Shown here piece after piece: positions 48,880 to 58,405 of a DNA stretch of 64,000 nucleotides. Source of the stretch: an uncultured Verrucomicrobiae bacterium (lineage in GTDB: Bacteria; Verrucomicrobiota; Verrucomicrobiia; Chthoniobacterales; UBA10450); the NCBI GenBank assembly GCA_963815455.1, contig CAWFGO010000005.1, positions 1 through 64,000 of the forward strand, given 5' to 3'. Numbering within the stretch: position 1 is the first letter of the stretch; each line of letters opens with the position of its first letter. Position numbers and translations under genes: made by a program. The notes under the pieces were generated by a model. That model saw only the letters and a list, made by a program, of their open reading frames with translations, was not told the origin of the DNA and ran no database searches.

Positions 48880-51623
48880 ATGCGCACTTCGATTGCTGCC
48901 CGGGCAAACCTCGATCTGATCGAGGAGAATTATCGCCGCTGGCAGGAGAATCCGGGCTCGGTCGACTCCGGTTGGTCGGCATTTTTTGAAGGATTCGAGC
49001 TTGGGAATTTGCCGCAGAAGAACGGCGCTGCGGTGACCGAGACTGACGATCGCGAGATTGCTCTGCAAACGCGAGTCGATGGGGCGATTTACGCCTACTG
49101 CTCGCTGGGTCACACGATCGCGCGCATTGATCCGTTAGCCGAAAAACAACCGCAAAATCCATTGCTGACTCTGCCCGAGCTGGGTTTCAAGGAGGGCGAT
49201 CTCGATCTGCGCGTCTCTTCGAAATTCTTTTTGGATAACCAGCCGATGACGTTGCGGGAAATGATCGCTGGGCTGGAAAGAATTTATGCCGACTCGATTG
49301 GCTCCGAGTTCATGCATATCCAGGATACGCGGATGCGAGAGTGGGTGCGGCGACGATTGGAAATGCGACCGAACAAACATTCGACCCCGCGGACGGTCCA
49401 GGTCGCGCTATTGCGGGCGTTACTGGAGGCGGAAACGTTCGAGACCTTCCTTCATACTCGTTACGTCGGGCAAAAGCGCTTTTCGCTCCAGGGCGCGGAA
49501 TCGCTAATGGTGATTCTCGACACGATTCTTCATCAGTGCCCGGAAGGCGGAGTCGAGGAAATTTGCATGGGGATGGCGCATCGGGGGCGGCTGAACGTGC
49601 TCGCGAATTTCTTGCGCAAATCGCTCGAGGTCATCTTCACCGAGTTTAGCGAGAACTACGTTCCCGAACTCGTCGCCGGTGATGGCGACGTGAAGTATCA
49701 CCTGGGTTATAACTCGGTCCGCAAACTATCTTCCGGCGCCGAGATCGAGATTCGCCTTTCGGCAAACCCGAGCCATCTCGAAGCGGTCGATCCGGTGGTC
49801 GAAGGAAAAGCGCGCGCCCGTCAACGGATTCGAGGCGACACCGAGAAGCGGCGCAAAGTTTTGCCCCTTCTGATTCACGGCGACGCGGCTTTTGCGGGGC
49901 AGGGGATCGTGGCCGAGACACTCAACCTGTCGCAACTGCACGGATACAGCACCAGCGGCACGGTTCACATCATCGTGAATAATCAGATCGGTTTCACCAC
50001 GCTTCCGAAAGATGCGCGTTCGTCGATGTACGCCACAGACATCGCCAAAATGCTCGAGGTTCCGATTTTTCATGTGAACGGCGACGATCCGCTGGCGGTG
50101 AAATTCGTTACCGACACAGCGTTCGATTTTCGACAGGAATTCGGACGCGACGTGGTGATCGACATGTATTGCTATCGCCGTTACGGACACAACGAAGGCG
50201 ACGAGCCGTCGTTTACGCAGCCCGATCTCTACGCGAAGATCGAGAAACGTCCGTCGGTGACGCAATTTTACAAAAACGAATTGATCAAGGCGGGAACATT
50301 GAGCGAGGACGATGCCGCCTCGCTGGAAACGGAGTTCGATCTGCGGTTGGAAATGGCAAGAGACGAGGTCCACGCCATCGAAAAGAGGAAAGCGGGCAAG
50401 AAAGCGGAATTCAAGGAATCGACCGCGATCTTTCAACCCCAATACACGACTTCGTCGATGCCGACCGCAATCAGCGAAAAAATGCTCAAGGCGATTGTCG
50501 ATGGTCTTACGCGCATTCCGGCCGGATTCGAGGTTCAACCGAAAATCAAACGCATCATTCTCGATCATCAGCGCGAAATTTTCGAGGCGGGCGGCCCTTA
50601 TGAATGGCATTACGCCGAGGCCCTCGCTTTTGGGTCGCTGTTGCTGGAGGGAATTCCGGTGCGGCTTTCGGGCCAGGATAGTTCGCGCGGGCACGTTCAG
50701 CACCCGCCATTCGGTGCTTTATCACGCGAAAACGGGGGAACCGTATGTGCCGCTCCTGCATCTGGCCGAGAAACAGGCGCCCATTTGCATTTATAACAGC
50801 CCACTCTCGGAGGCGGCTGTGCTGGGGTTCGATTACGGTTATTCCCTCGAATACCCAAATCTGCTTTGCCTTTGGGAAGCGCAGTTCGGCGATTTTGGAA
50901 ATGGCGCTCAAACGATCATCGATCAGTTCATCACTTCGGCGGAATCGAAATGGCAGCGACCGAGCGGGATCGTGCTTTTGCTTCCGCACGGCTACGAGGG
51001 CCAGGGGCCGGAGCATTCCAGCGCCCGCCTCGAGCGTTTTCTTCAAGAGTGCGCCGAGGACAACATTCAGGTCTGCAATCTCACGACTGCGGCCCAGTAC
51101 TTCCATGTGTTACGCCGGCAGATGAAACGCAAGTTCGTCAAGCCGCTCATCATTATGACGCCGAAAAGTTTGTTGCGCGCTAAGTTCGCGTCGTCGCCCG
51201 CGGAGGAATTCACCAGCGGGCGGTTCGAAGAGATTCTGGCTGCGCCGAAAGTTGGCCTCCGCGGCAAAGACCAAACGTGTGATCTTTTGTTCGGGTAAAG
51301 TTTATTACGACCTGTTGAGTCATCGCACCGAACGGAAGATCGACAACGCCGCGATCATTCGCGTCGAGCAACTTTATCCGCTCGCGGAAAAGAAATTGCG
51401 CGCCATGCTTAAGCCGTTTCCGAAAACGGCCAGGCTCGTCTGGTGTCAGGAAGAATCGCAAAACATGGGCGCGTGGAGTTTCATGGAGCCGCGCTTGCGC
51501 GAAATGTTCGGTCGCGAAGTCGCCTATGCCGGCCGCGATCCGAGCGCCAGTCCAGCCGTCGGCGCGCTGGCTCGGCACAAGCGCGAGCAAGCCTGCCTTG
51601 TTGCCGACGCGTTTAAGGTCTAA
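48880..51623 (+). CDS. sucA: 2-oxoglutarate dehydrogenase E1 (apparent frameshifts about 50690 and 51258)
   Basis: [56 protein letters not shown]. Confidence 0.95.
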
Positions 51624-51708
51624 TTCGTCAGTGTCGTTTACGGATTCCCTGCCTGATGCAGGTCTAATATTGACGAAATGCGCCTAGCCCGCGACGCTCA
51701 CTTGTCGC

Positions 51709-52965
51709 ATGCCAATCGAAGTAAAAATTCCAACTGTTGGTGAATCGATCACCAGCGGCGTCGTTTCCGTCTGGCACAAGAAATCGGGCGAGTTCGTTAA
51801 CGAAGGCGAACCGCTGTTTACGCTCGAGACCGAAAAGGTTTCCAGCGAGATCGTGGCGGAAAAATCCGGCGTGCTGGAAACAAAAGTTCCCGAAGGCCAG
51901 GAAGTGAAAATTGGCGAAGTCGTTGCGATAATTGACGATTCCAAATCAGCGCCGGCGCAATCGGCTGCCCCCGAGAAAAAAGAGTCGCCAACTGTAGCCG
52001 CGGGCGCGGACCGCGGCAGTTCGGCCTCGGCGATCCGCTCCCGAGCGGGAAAAACCGGGGTCAACGCCCCCGGCTACAGCTACAACTCTGTCGCCCGCGG
52101 TGCGCCGTATTGTCGAAGAGGAACATTTGCAGCCGGAGAAAATTTCCGGAACAGGCAAGGATGGCCGGCTAACGAAAGGCGATGTCCTTGGGGCGACAGA
52201 AAACCGCGAGTCTAAATCTGTAGGGGACGCTGACAGCCGTCCCAGAGAATCGCCAATCATCCGATGGCCGGTTCGTTCGCAAGAAGATGTCGCCGTTGCG
52301 CCGGAAAATCGCGCAGCAACTGGTGATGGCGCAGCACACCGCCGCGATCCTGACGACGTTTAACGAGTGCGACATGAGCGCTGTTCAGGAATTGCGAACC
52401 AAATCGCAGGACGCGTTTACGAAAAAGAACGGCGTCAAACTTGGGTTCATGTCGTTTTTCATCAAGGCGGCCGTGGAAGCGCTTAAAGCGGTGCCGCCGG
52501 TCAACGGCCGGATCGAAGACGAAGACTTTATCCAGAACAATTTTTACGATATCGGCATCGCCGTCGGAACCGAGCGCGGGTTGGTGGTGCCGGTGGTTCG
52601 CGATGCCGACAAGAAAAGCTTTGCCGACCTCGAGCGCGACATCGCCGACTACGCCGCTCGAGCGCGCGAAGGGAAATTGAAGACTGGAAGATCTGCGCGG
52701 CGGGACATTCACGATTACCAACGGCGGCGTTTACGGTTCCCTTTTCGCCACGCCGATCTTGAATCCGCCGCAAAGCGGCATTCTCGGCATGCACAAGATC
52801 ATGCCGCGGCCGGTGGCGGTTGACGGGAAGGTCGAGGTGCGTCCAATGATGTTCCTGGCTCTCAGCTACGATCACCGCGCCATTGATGGGAAAGAATCCG
52901 TTACGTTTTTGGTCAAGGTAAAAGAATGCATTGAGGATCCAAGAAAGTTGCCGCTCGATTTTTAG
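51709..52965 (+). CDS. sucB: Dihydrolipoyl succinyltransferase E2 (apparent frameshifts about 52055, 52250, 52682)
   Basis: Lipoyl domain, [38 protein letters not shown]. Confidence 0.92.
51994..52077. repeat. GTAG-type REP doublet within the sucB linker
   Basis: GTAGCCGCGGGCGCGGACCGCGGC ... CCGGGGTCAACGCCCCCGGCTAC. Confidence 0.8.
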
Positions 52966-53054
52966 GTAGGGACGGCTCTCCGAGCCGTCCGTCGAATTCT
53001 GAATTAATGTATTAGTCTCAAAATAAGTCGGACGCCCCGGAGGTGCGTCCCTAC
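52966..53054. repeat. Intergenic GTAG-type REP doublet (second family)
   Basis: GTAGGGACGGCTCTCCGAGCCGTCC ... GGACGCCCCGGAGGTGCGTCCCTAC; related single copy at 52220-52243 in sucB. Confidence 0.8.
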
Positions 53055-53063
53055 CTTTAAAAC

Positions 53064-54470
53064 ATGGATAAATTTGATGTCGTAATCATCGGCTCGGGAC
53101 CGGGCGGGTATGTGGCCGCGATTCGCGCGGGGCAACTTGGGTTGAAAACCGCAATTGTGGAGAAGGACAAGGAACTTGGCGGCACCTGCCTGAACATCGG
53201 CTGCATCCCGAGCAAAGCGTTGCTCACTTCGAGCGATCATTTCGTGTTCGCGAAAAAGGAAGCAGAGAAACACGGCATCATGATCGACAACGTCACGGTC
53301 GATATCGGCAAGATGCAGCAACGCAAAGACAAGGTCGTGAAAACGCTGACCGGCGGCGTGCGGGCGCTGATGAAAACGAACAAGGTGACGACGTTCGAGG
53401 GCTGGGGCACAATCACCGCGCCGGGGAAGGTGTCGGTCAAATCGTCGAACGGCGAGGCGCAGGAGATCGAGACGAAAAATATCGTGATCGCAACCGGGAG
53501 CGTGCCGGCGGAATTGCCGTTCGCGAAATTCGACGGCGAGACGATCGTCAGCAGTACCGAAGCGCTTTGCTTTACTGAGCCGCCGAAAAAATTGCTCGTG
53601 ATCGGCGCGGGCGCGATTGGTCTCGAACTCGGTTCGGTGTGGAACCGGCTGGGGTCGGAAGTGACAACGCTCGAATTTCTCCCGCGCATCGCCGTCGGGT
53701 TCGATCTCGAATTATCGAACTTGCTCCAGCGCTCGCTCACCGCGCAAGGCATGATGTTTCATCTCGAAACCAAGGTGAGCGCGGTCAAGATCGACAATGC
53801 TCGCGTGACCGCGACGGCGACCAAAGGCGGGGAAGAAATGAAGTTTGAAGCCGACAAGGTGCTGGTGTCGGTCGGTCGCAAACCATTTTCGGAAGGTCTT
53901 GGCGCGGAGAAGGTGGGAGTCGAGTTGGACGAGAAAGAGAGAATCAAGATCGACAAAAATTTCCGAACGAATGTCGAAGGCATTTACGCCATCGGCGACG
54001 TGATCGCCGGGCCGATGCTGGCGCACAAAGCAGAGGATGAAGGAATTGCCTGCGTCGAGATCATCGCCGGCAAACCTGGTCACGTGAATTACGATGTAAT
54101 CCCGGGAATCATTTACACGAATCCAGAGTTGGCCGGAGTTGGCATCACCGAAGACCAGGCCAAAGAAAAGGGGATCGATTATCGCGTTGGCAAGTTTCCA
54201 TTTCGGGCCAATGGCCGGGCACTGGCGAATGAAGATGTCGATGGAATGGTGAAGTTCGTGGCCGACGCCAAGACCGACCGCATCCTCGGCGCGCACATCT
54301 TGCAGCATGTGGCCTCGGAATTGATCGCCGAAGCGGCTTCAGTGATGGAATTCGGGGGCAGCTCAGAAGACCTCGGGCGCACCTGTCATTCGCACCCGAC
54401 ACTGAGTGAAGCGGTTAAAGAAGCGGCGCTCAACGTCGAGAAGCGCGCGCTTCATATCGTGAATCGCTAA
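53064..54470 (+). CDS. lpdA: Dihydrolipoamide dehydrogenase E3
   Basis: GSGPGGY, GGTCLNIGCIPSK, GAGAIGLE, HPTLSE. Confidence 0.96.
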   Translation: MDKFDVVIIGSGPGGYVAAIRAGQLGLKTAIVEKDKELGGTCLNIGCIPSKALLTSSDHFVFAKKEAEKHGIMIDNVTVDIGKMQQRKDKVVKTLTGGVRALMKTNKVTTFEGWGTITAPGKVSVKSSNGEAQEIETKNIVIATGSVPAELPFAKFDGETIVSSTEALCFTEPPKKLLVIGAGAIGLELGSVWNRLGSEVTTLEFLPRIAVGFDLELSNLLQRSLTAQGMMFHLETKVSAVKIDNARVTATATKGGEEMKFEADKVLVSVGRKPFSEGLGAEKVGVELDEKERIKIDKNFRTNVEGIYAIGDVIAGPMLAHKAEDEGIACVEIIAGKPGHVNYDVIPGIIYTNPELAGVGITEDQAKEKGIDYRVGKFPFRANGRALANEDVDGMVKFVADAKTDRILGAHILQHVASELIAEAASVMEFGGSSEDLGRTCHSHPTLSEAVKEAALNVEKRALHIVNR

Positions 54471-54552
54471 GCCGGCGAAGAACGGCGCAAGCCGGCGCTT
54501 GCCGGGACAATTTCTTCTCGCCTCTGGGCGGTACATTGCTCAGGCTCCGAGC

Positions 54553-55008
54553 ATGATGAAAACGAAAATCTTTGCTATTATTGCATTATCTTTTGGTTTG
54601 GCTGGCTTCTGCCTGGCGCAAACCACTGCCAAGAGCGCCGGCACGCCCTACACCGAAGGCACAGTCTGGACTCTTACGATGATCAAAACCAAAGCCGGAC
54701 TTGGCGATGATTATTTTCGGCAAATCAGCCAGAGCGTGAAGCCGGTGTACGAGGAAGAGAAGAAGCAAAAGATCATTCTCGATTACAAAATCCTCGAAGG
54801 CGACGCCATGGGACCGGAGGACTTTAACATCATTATTATGGTGGAATATCCGAACATGGCCGCGCTCGATGGCTTGCGTGACAAGATGGACCCGATTGTG
54901 GAGAAAGTGATGGGTTCTCAGGATCAACAACGCGCCACCGCAGTGAAGCGGCTCGATATCCGCGAAATTCTCGGCACGAAGACCATGCGCGAGATCACGT
55001 TGAAGTAA
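54553..55008 (+). CDS. Secreted hypothetical protein
   Basis: Signal peptide; YTEGTVW...ILDYKIL...VEYPNMAALD. Confidence 0.65.
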   Translation: MMKTKIFAIIALSFGLAGFCLAQTTAKSAGTPYTEGTVWTLTMIKTKAGLGDDYFRQISQSVKPVYEEEKKQKIILDYKILEGDAMGPEDFNIIIMVEYPNMAALDGLRDKMDPIVEKVMGSQDQQRATAVKRLDIREILGTKTMREITLK

Positions 55009-55085
55009 TCAGACGTCAGAGATCAGAAGTCAGACATCAGGAATCTGCGTTAATCCGCAGTAATCTGCGGTTGAACTGATTACCT

Positions 55086-56066
55086 ATGACGGTTTTTCTC
55101 GGCGAGGAACAGGTCCGGAAGCATTTGCGCATGCCGGATCTGATCCCGGCGATGGAGAAAGCGCTGATCGATTTTTCCGCGGGCAAGGTAAAGCAGCCGA
55201 TGCGCTCGGTCATCGCGGTCGATCCGCCGGGCGGATTTTTCGGAATCATGCCGGCGGTGGCTGATAGTTTGGGCTTAAAAATCGTAACATTCTATCCACC
55301 GAACAGCGAGCGTGGTCTGCCGACGCACATGGCAACGATTTTTCTGGCCGATCCGCAAACCGGCGCGCCGCTCGCCGTGATGGACGGACGATTGATCACC
55401 GAGATGCGCACTGCGGCGGTTTCCGCGGTGGCGACGAAACTTCTGGCGTCGCCGGACGCGAAGATTCTGGCAATTCTGGGCAGCGGCGTGCAGGCGCGCA
55501 GTCATGTCGAAGCGTTGCGACTCGTCAGAAATTTTTCGGAAGTCCGGGTTTGGAGCGCAACCACGGCGCACGCCGAGCAATTCGCGAGGGAGATTCGCGA
55601 GTCGTGGCATCGGCATCTTGCCGATGGGACATTGGCTGGAAGCCAATGCCACGTGACTGCGGCCGAAGACGCGGTACGCGGCGCCGACGTAATTGTAACC
55701 GCGACAAGCTCGAAGACCCCGATCTTGCGCGGCGGGTGGTTAAAACCCGGCTGTCATGTCAACGCAGTCGGTGCATGTCGTCCCGATTGGCGGGAGCTGG
55801 ACGATGAGACAATGGCAAATGTCGTCTTCGTCGATTCGCGTGAAGCCGCGCTGAAGGAATCCGGGGATATCATCTTGTCCGGCGCGAAGACTTACGCGGA
55901 GCTTGGCGAAGCGCTGGCCGGCAAAGTCCCACCGCGTGCAAATGAGACCACGATCTTCAAATCGCTCGGCATGGCGGTCGAAGACATCGCCGCGGCGATG
56001 CTGGTTTATCGGTCCTGTCTTGACATTGGTGAAAGCAAAGGCGCAAGATCGACATCTGACTCCTAA
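55086..56066 (+). CDS. Ornithine cyclodeaminase / mu-crystallin family protein
   Basis: ITEMRTAAVSAVAT, GSGVQA, HVNAVGA, FKSLGMAVED. Confidence 0.9.
   Translation: MTVFLGEEQVRKHLRMPDLIPAMEKALIDFSAGKVKQPMRSVIAVDPPGGFFGIMPAVADSLGLKIVTFYPPNSERGLPTHMATIFLADPQTGAPLAVMDGRLITEMRTAAVSAVATKLLASPDAKILAILGSGVQARSHVEALRLVRNFSEVRVWSATTAHAEQFAREIRESWHRHLADGTLAGSQCHVTAAEDAVRGADVIVTATSSKTPILRGGWLKPGCHVNAVGACRPDWRELDDETMANVVFVDSREAALKESGDIILSGAKTYAELGEALAGKVPPRANETTIFKSLGMAVEDIAAAMLVYRSCLDIGESKGARSTSDS
55603..55653. repeat. GTGG-type REP doublet, in frame in the cyclodeaminase gene
   Basis: CGTGG-CATCGGC-atctt-GCCGATG-gga-CATTGGC-tggaa-GCCAATG-CCACG, 51 bp. Confidence 0.8.
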
Positions 56067-56078
56067 CGAACACAACCT

Positions 56079-56492
56079 ATGAAGCGATCCCTTTCCGGAA
56101 GAACAATCAGCCAAGCCGTGTTGATCGGCGCCGTCATTTCATTGGCGGGCTGCGGCACGATGACATTTAACAAGCCGAACAGCGACGCGCAGATTGAGAG
56201 TCTGCGAGCGATCCATCTGGCGCTGGTCGATCAATTTGCCGTGCCCCGCAAGCATTTCGATGCCGCGGCCTTTGACGCCAAAGTGGATGAGGGTAACAGG
56301 AAATTTGACGAAGCCCTCGCCCAGGAAAAAGTCGCGGCGCGTCGACCGGTCCTTCGCGATCTGGCCGGCCAGTTCAAAAAGGATGCCGAACATCTGCGGA
56401 GCAAGGCCAGTCGCAAAAAGATCACTTCAAACCTGGCCAGCGATATGAAGCAGGCGATTAACAAAGATTACGATCATGCCCTCGGGAAATAA
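56079..56492 (+). CDS. Hypothetical lipoprotein
   Basis: Lipobox SLAGC; helical, charged body. Confidence 0.65.
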   Translation: MKRSLSGRTISQAVLIGAVISLAGCGTMTFNKPNSDAQIESLRAIHLALVDQFAVPRKHFDAAAFDAKVDEGNRKFDEALAQEKVAARRPVLRDLAGQFKKDAEHLRSKASRKKITSNLASDMKQAINKDYDHALGK

Positions 56493-56946
56493 GAAAAAAC
56501 GCGGGAAAACCGCGCCCAAGAAAACTTCGACGAAGAAATCTGCCAACAAGAAGTCTGCGGCGAAGAAGTCTACGGTGAAGAAGTCTGCGGTAAAGAAATC
56601 CACCGGCGGCGAGTCCGATCTGAACACAACGTTGAATCAAATTAGTGACGAGTCCGTCGCGGAGGCGAAGAAGGAATTCCAGGAGCTGCTGGCCAAAGCG
56701 AAGGGGGACACGGCGGGATTCATTCAGGAAAACGCCCAGGAACTGGAGGAGCGCTTACTCGAGGTTCGAGACAAGAAACTCGATCGGGAAGACTTTAATT
56801 ATTTTGTCGAACGACAAAAGCGCAGTCTGCAAATCTTCATCGACAGCCAACCGGCCCAGGCCCAGGAACGCGCGGAGAAACTTACGATCAGCCTGTTGGA
56901 AATGGCTGCGAAGAAGATCGTGCCGATCTTGATCGCGATGATCTAG
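56476..56946 (+). CDS. Hypothetical protein with histone H1-like Lys/Ser N-terminal repeats
   Basis: KKSANKKSAAKKSTVKKSAVKKST encoded by 15-bp AAGAAGTCT units. Confidence 0.65.
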   Translation: MPSGNKKKRGKTAPKKTSTKKSANKKSAAKKSTVKKSAVKKSTGGESDLNTTLNQISDESVAEAKKEFQELLAKAKGDTAGFIQENAQELEERLLEVRDKKLDREDFNYFVERQKRSLQIFIDSQPAQAQERAEKLTISLLEMAAKKIVPILIAMI

Positions 56947-56952
56947 GAGCTA

Positions 56953-58176
56953 CTACGGCGCGCGGTGAAATTTGGCCAGGATTTCGCGCAGCCGATCGTG
57001 GGGCAACGCTTCCACGCGATGGTTGTCGCGGCCGATCATGGTGTGATTGTCAATCAAAGCGTTAACGACCGCTTCTTCAGTTGCTTGCACCACCCCGGCG
57101 AAGATCGGGTCCAACAAATCGTTCGGGATCGTCTGGACGGTGTGCGTGACTTGATCGGGATTTGCAGCCTTCGGATTGGCGGTTGAAAAAGCGATGAACA
57201 AGTCGCCCGAACCGTTTCCGGAAACCGTTCCCGTCCGGGCCAGTCCGAGCGAGACGCGCCGGGCGAGCCGCTTCAATTGATTCGGTAACAGCGGTGCATC
57301 CGTTGCCACTACGGCAATGCACGAGCCACTTTCCGCTTTGTAAACTTCGCCTGGTATTTCTTTGCCGACCGGCACGCCGGCAATTGTGAGTTGTGAGCGA
57401 CGTCCGAAGTTTGCTTGAAGGAAAACGCCCACCGTGAAAGTGCGAGTAGAGGAGCCGCGGTCGGCGCCCGCGGCTACAGGGCCCTTGATGTCGATCCTGC
57501 GCGACGCGGTGCCGTTGCCGCCTTTGAATTCGTAACAGATCATGCCGGTGCCGCCGCCGACGCTGCCTTCCTCGACTGCGCCGCCGTGCGCGGAATCGAG
57601 CGCGCGGAAAACGTGCTCGGGTTTTACATGAAACCCGTTGATATCATTGAGCCATCCATCCCATGTCTCGGCCACCACGGGCAGGCTCCACCAGTATCCG
57701 GTGTTGTCGGCCGCGCCATGCTTGACCCGCCAGGCAATCACCGCGTCGCGCGCGACGCCAACACTATGTGTGTTTGTAATTGCGATCGGGCCCTCAAGAA
57801 ATCCGCTTTCCTCAACCCAGGCCGTGCCAGTCATTTCGCCGTTGCCATTCAAACTGAAAACGGCGGCGTAAACCGGATCGTTCAGCGAATCGTGGCCGCG
57901 CGGAATGATCGCGGTCACACCGGTCCGGACCGGGCCTTTGCCCGTTTCCAGTTTGCCGTCGCCTTCGATCAACGTCGAATAGCCGACTTCTACGCCGGCC
58001 ACATCGGTAATCGCATTCAGTTTTCCAGGTGTGCCCTCGAATGGGACTCCAAAATCGCGTGCGCGAATGATCGTCGATCCTGCCGGCGGTGATATCTGTG
58101 GCTCGCGTCCGGAAGCATGGATTACGAGCAGGAGCACGAGCACGATGGCGGCGGAAGATGTCGATTTTGTGAACAT
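56953..58176 (-). CDS. P1/S58 family peptidase (DmpA-like aminopeptidase)
   Basis: NAITDVAGVEVG, VRTGVTAI, NGNGEMTG, LPVVAETWDGWLNDI, GSGDLFIAFST. Confidence 0.92.
   Translation of the reverse strand: MFTKSTSSAAIVLVLLLVIHASGREPQISPPAGSTIIRARDFGVPFEGTPGKLNAITDVAGVEVGYSTLIEGDGKLETGKGPVRTGVTAIIPRGHDSLNDPVYAAVFSLNGNGEMTGTAWVEESGFLEGPIAITNTHSVGVARDAVIAWRVKHGAADNTGYWWSLPVVAETWDGWLNDINGFHVKPEHVFRALDSAHGGAVEEGSVGGGTGMICYEFKGGNGTASRRIDIKGPVAAGADRGSSTRTFTVGVFLQANFGRRSQLTIAGVPVGKEIPGEVYKAESGSCIAVVATDAPLLPNQLKRLARRVSLGLARTGTVSGNGSGDLFIAFSTANPKAANPDQVTHTVQTIPNDLLDPIFAGVVQATEEAVVNALIDNHTMIGRDNHRVEALPHDRLREILAKFHRAP
57454..57477 (-). repeat. Single GTAG REP, in frame in the DmpA-like gene
   Basis: Identical to the dnaX copy; reads VAAGADRG. 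Confidence 0.85.
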
Positions 58177-58180
58177 CCTA

Positions 58181-58218
58181 AAACGTCCAACGCTCAACGC
58201 TCAACGTCCAACGCTCAA
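58181..58218 (+). repeat. Heptamer array (CAACGCT/CAACGTC)n
   Basis: Same unit as the in-frame array at 2471-2505. Confidence 0.8.
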
Positions 58219-58239
58219 TGAAGATCAAAGAAACGATCC

Positions 58240-58331
58240 GTCATTCTGAGCGAAGCGAAGCGGAGTCGAAGAATCCCGCGGCGCAACCCAACCGTAACGC
58301 TACGGGATTCCTCAACTTCGCTCGGGATGAG
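58240..58331. repeat. Palindromic GTCATTCTGAGC...GCTCGGGATGA element
   Basis: Same family as 45984-46098. Confidence 0.75.
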
Positions 58332-58405
58332 AATATTTCTGTTTGCTCCTTCGTTTGTTCGATTTTCTGTTTTCACCGGTCGATCAATGCACTTAGATTG
58401 GGGCC

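Noticed and set aside
245..52690. About eleven frameshifts (DUF218 gene, prsR x2, TPR #2, 28885, GldG-like, sucA x2, sucB x3) as pseudogenes or programmed frameshifts
   Set aside because: Mostly single extra bases in short runs, hitting core genes with otherwise intact motifs; best explained by uncorrected sequencing or assembly indels
58330..58405. SRP RNA (ffs) upstream of dnaX
   Set aside because: No conserved CAGG..GGAAGCAG helix motif visible
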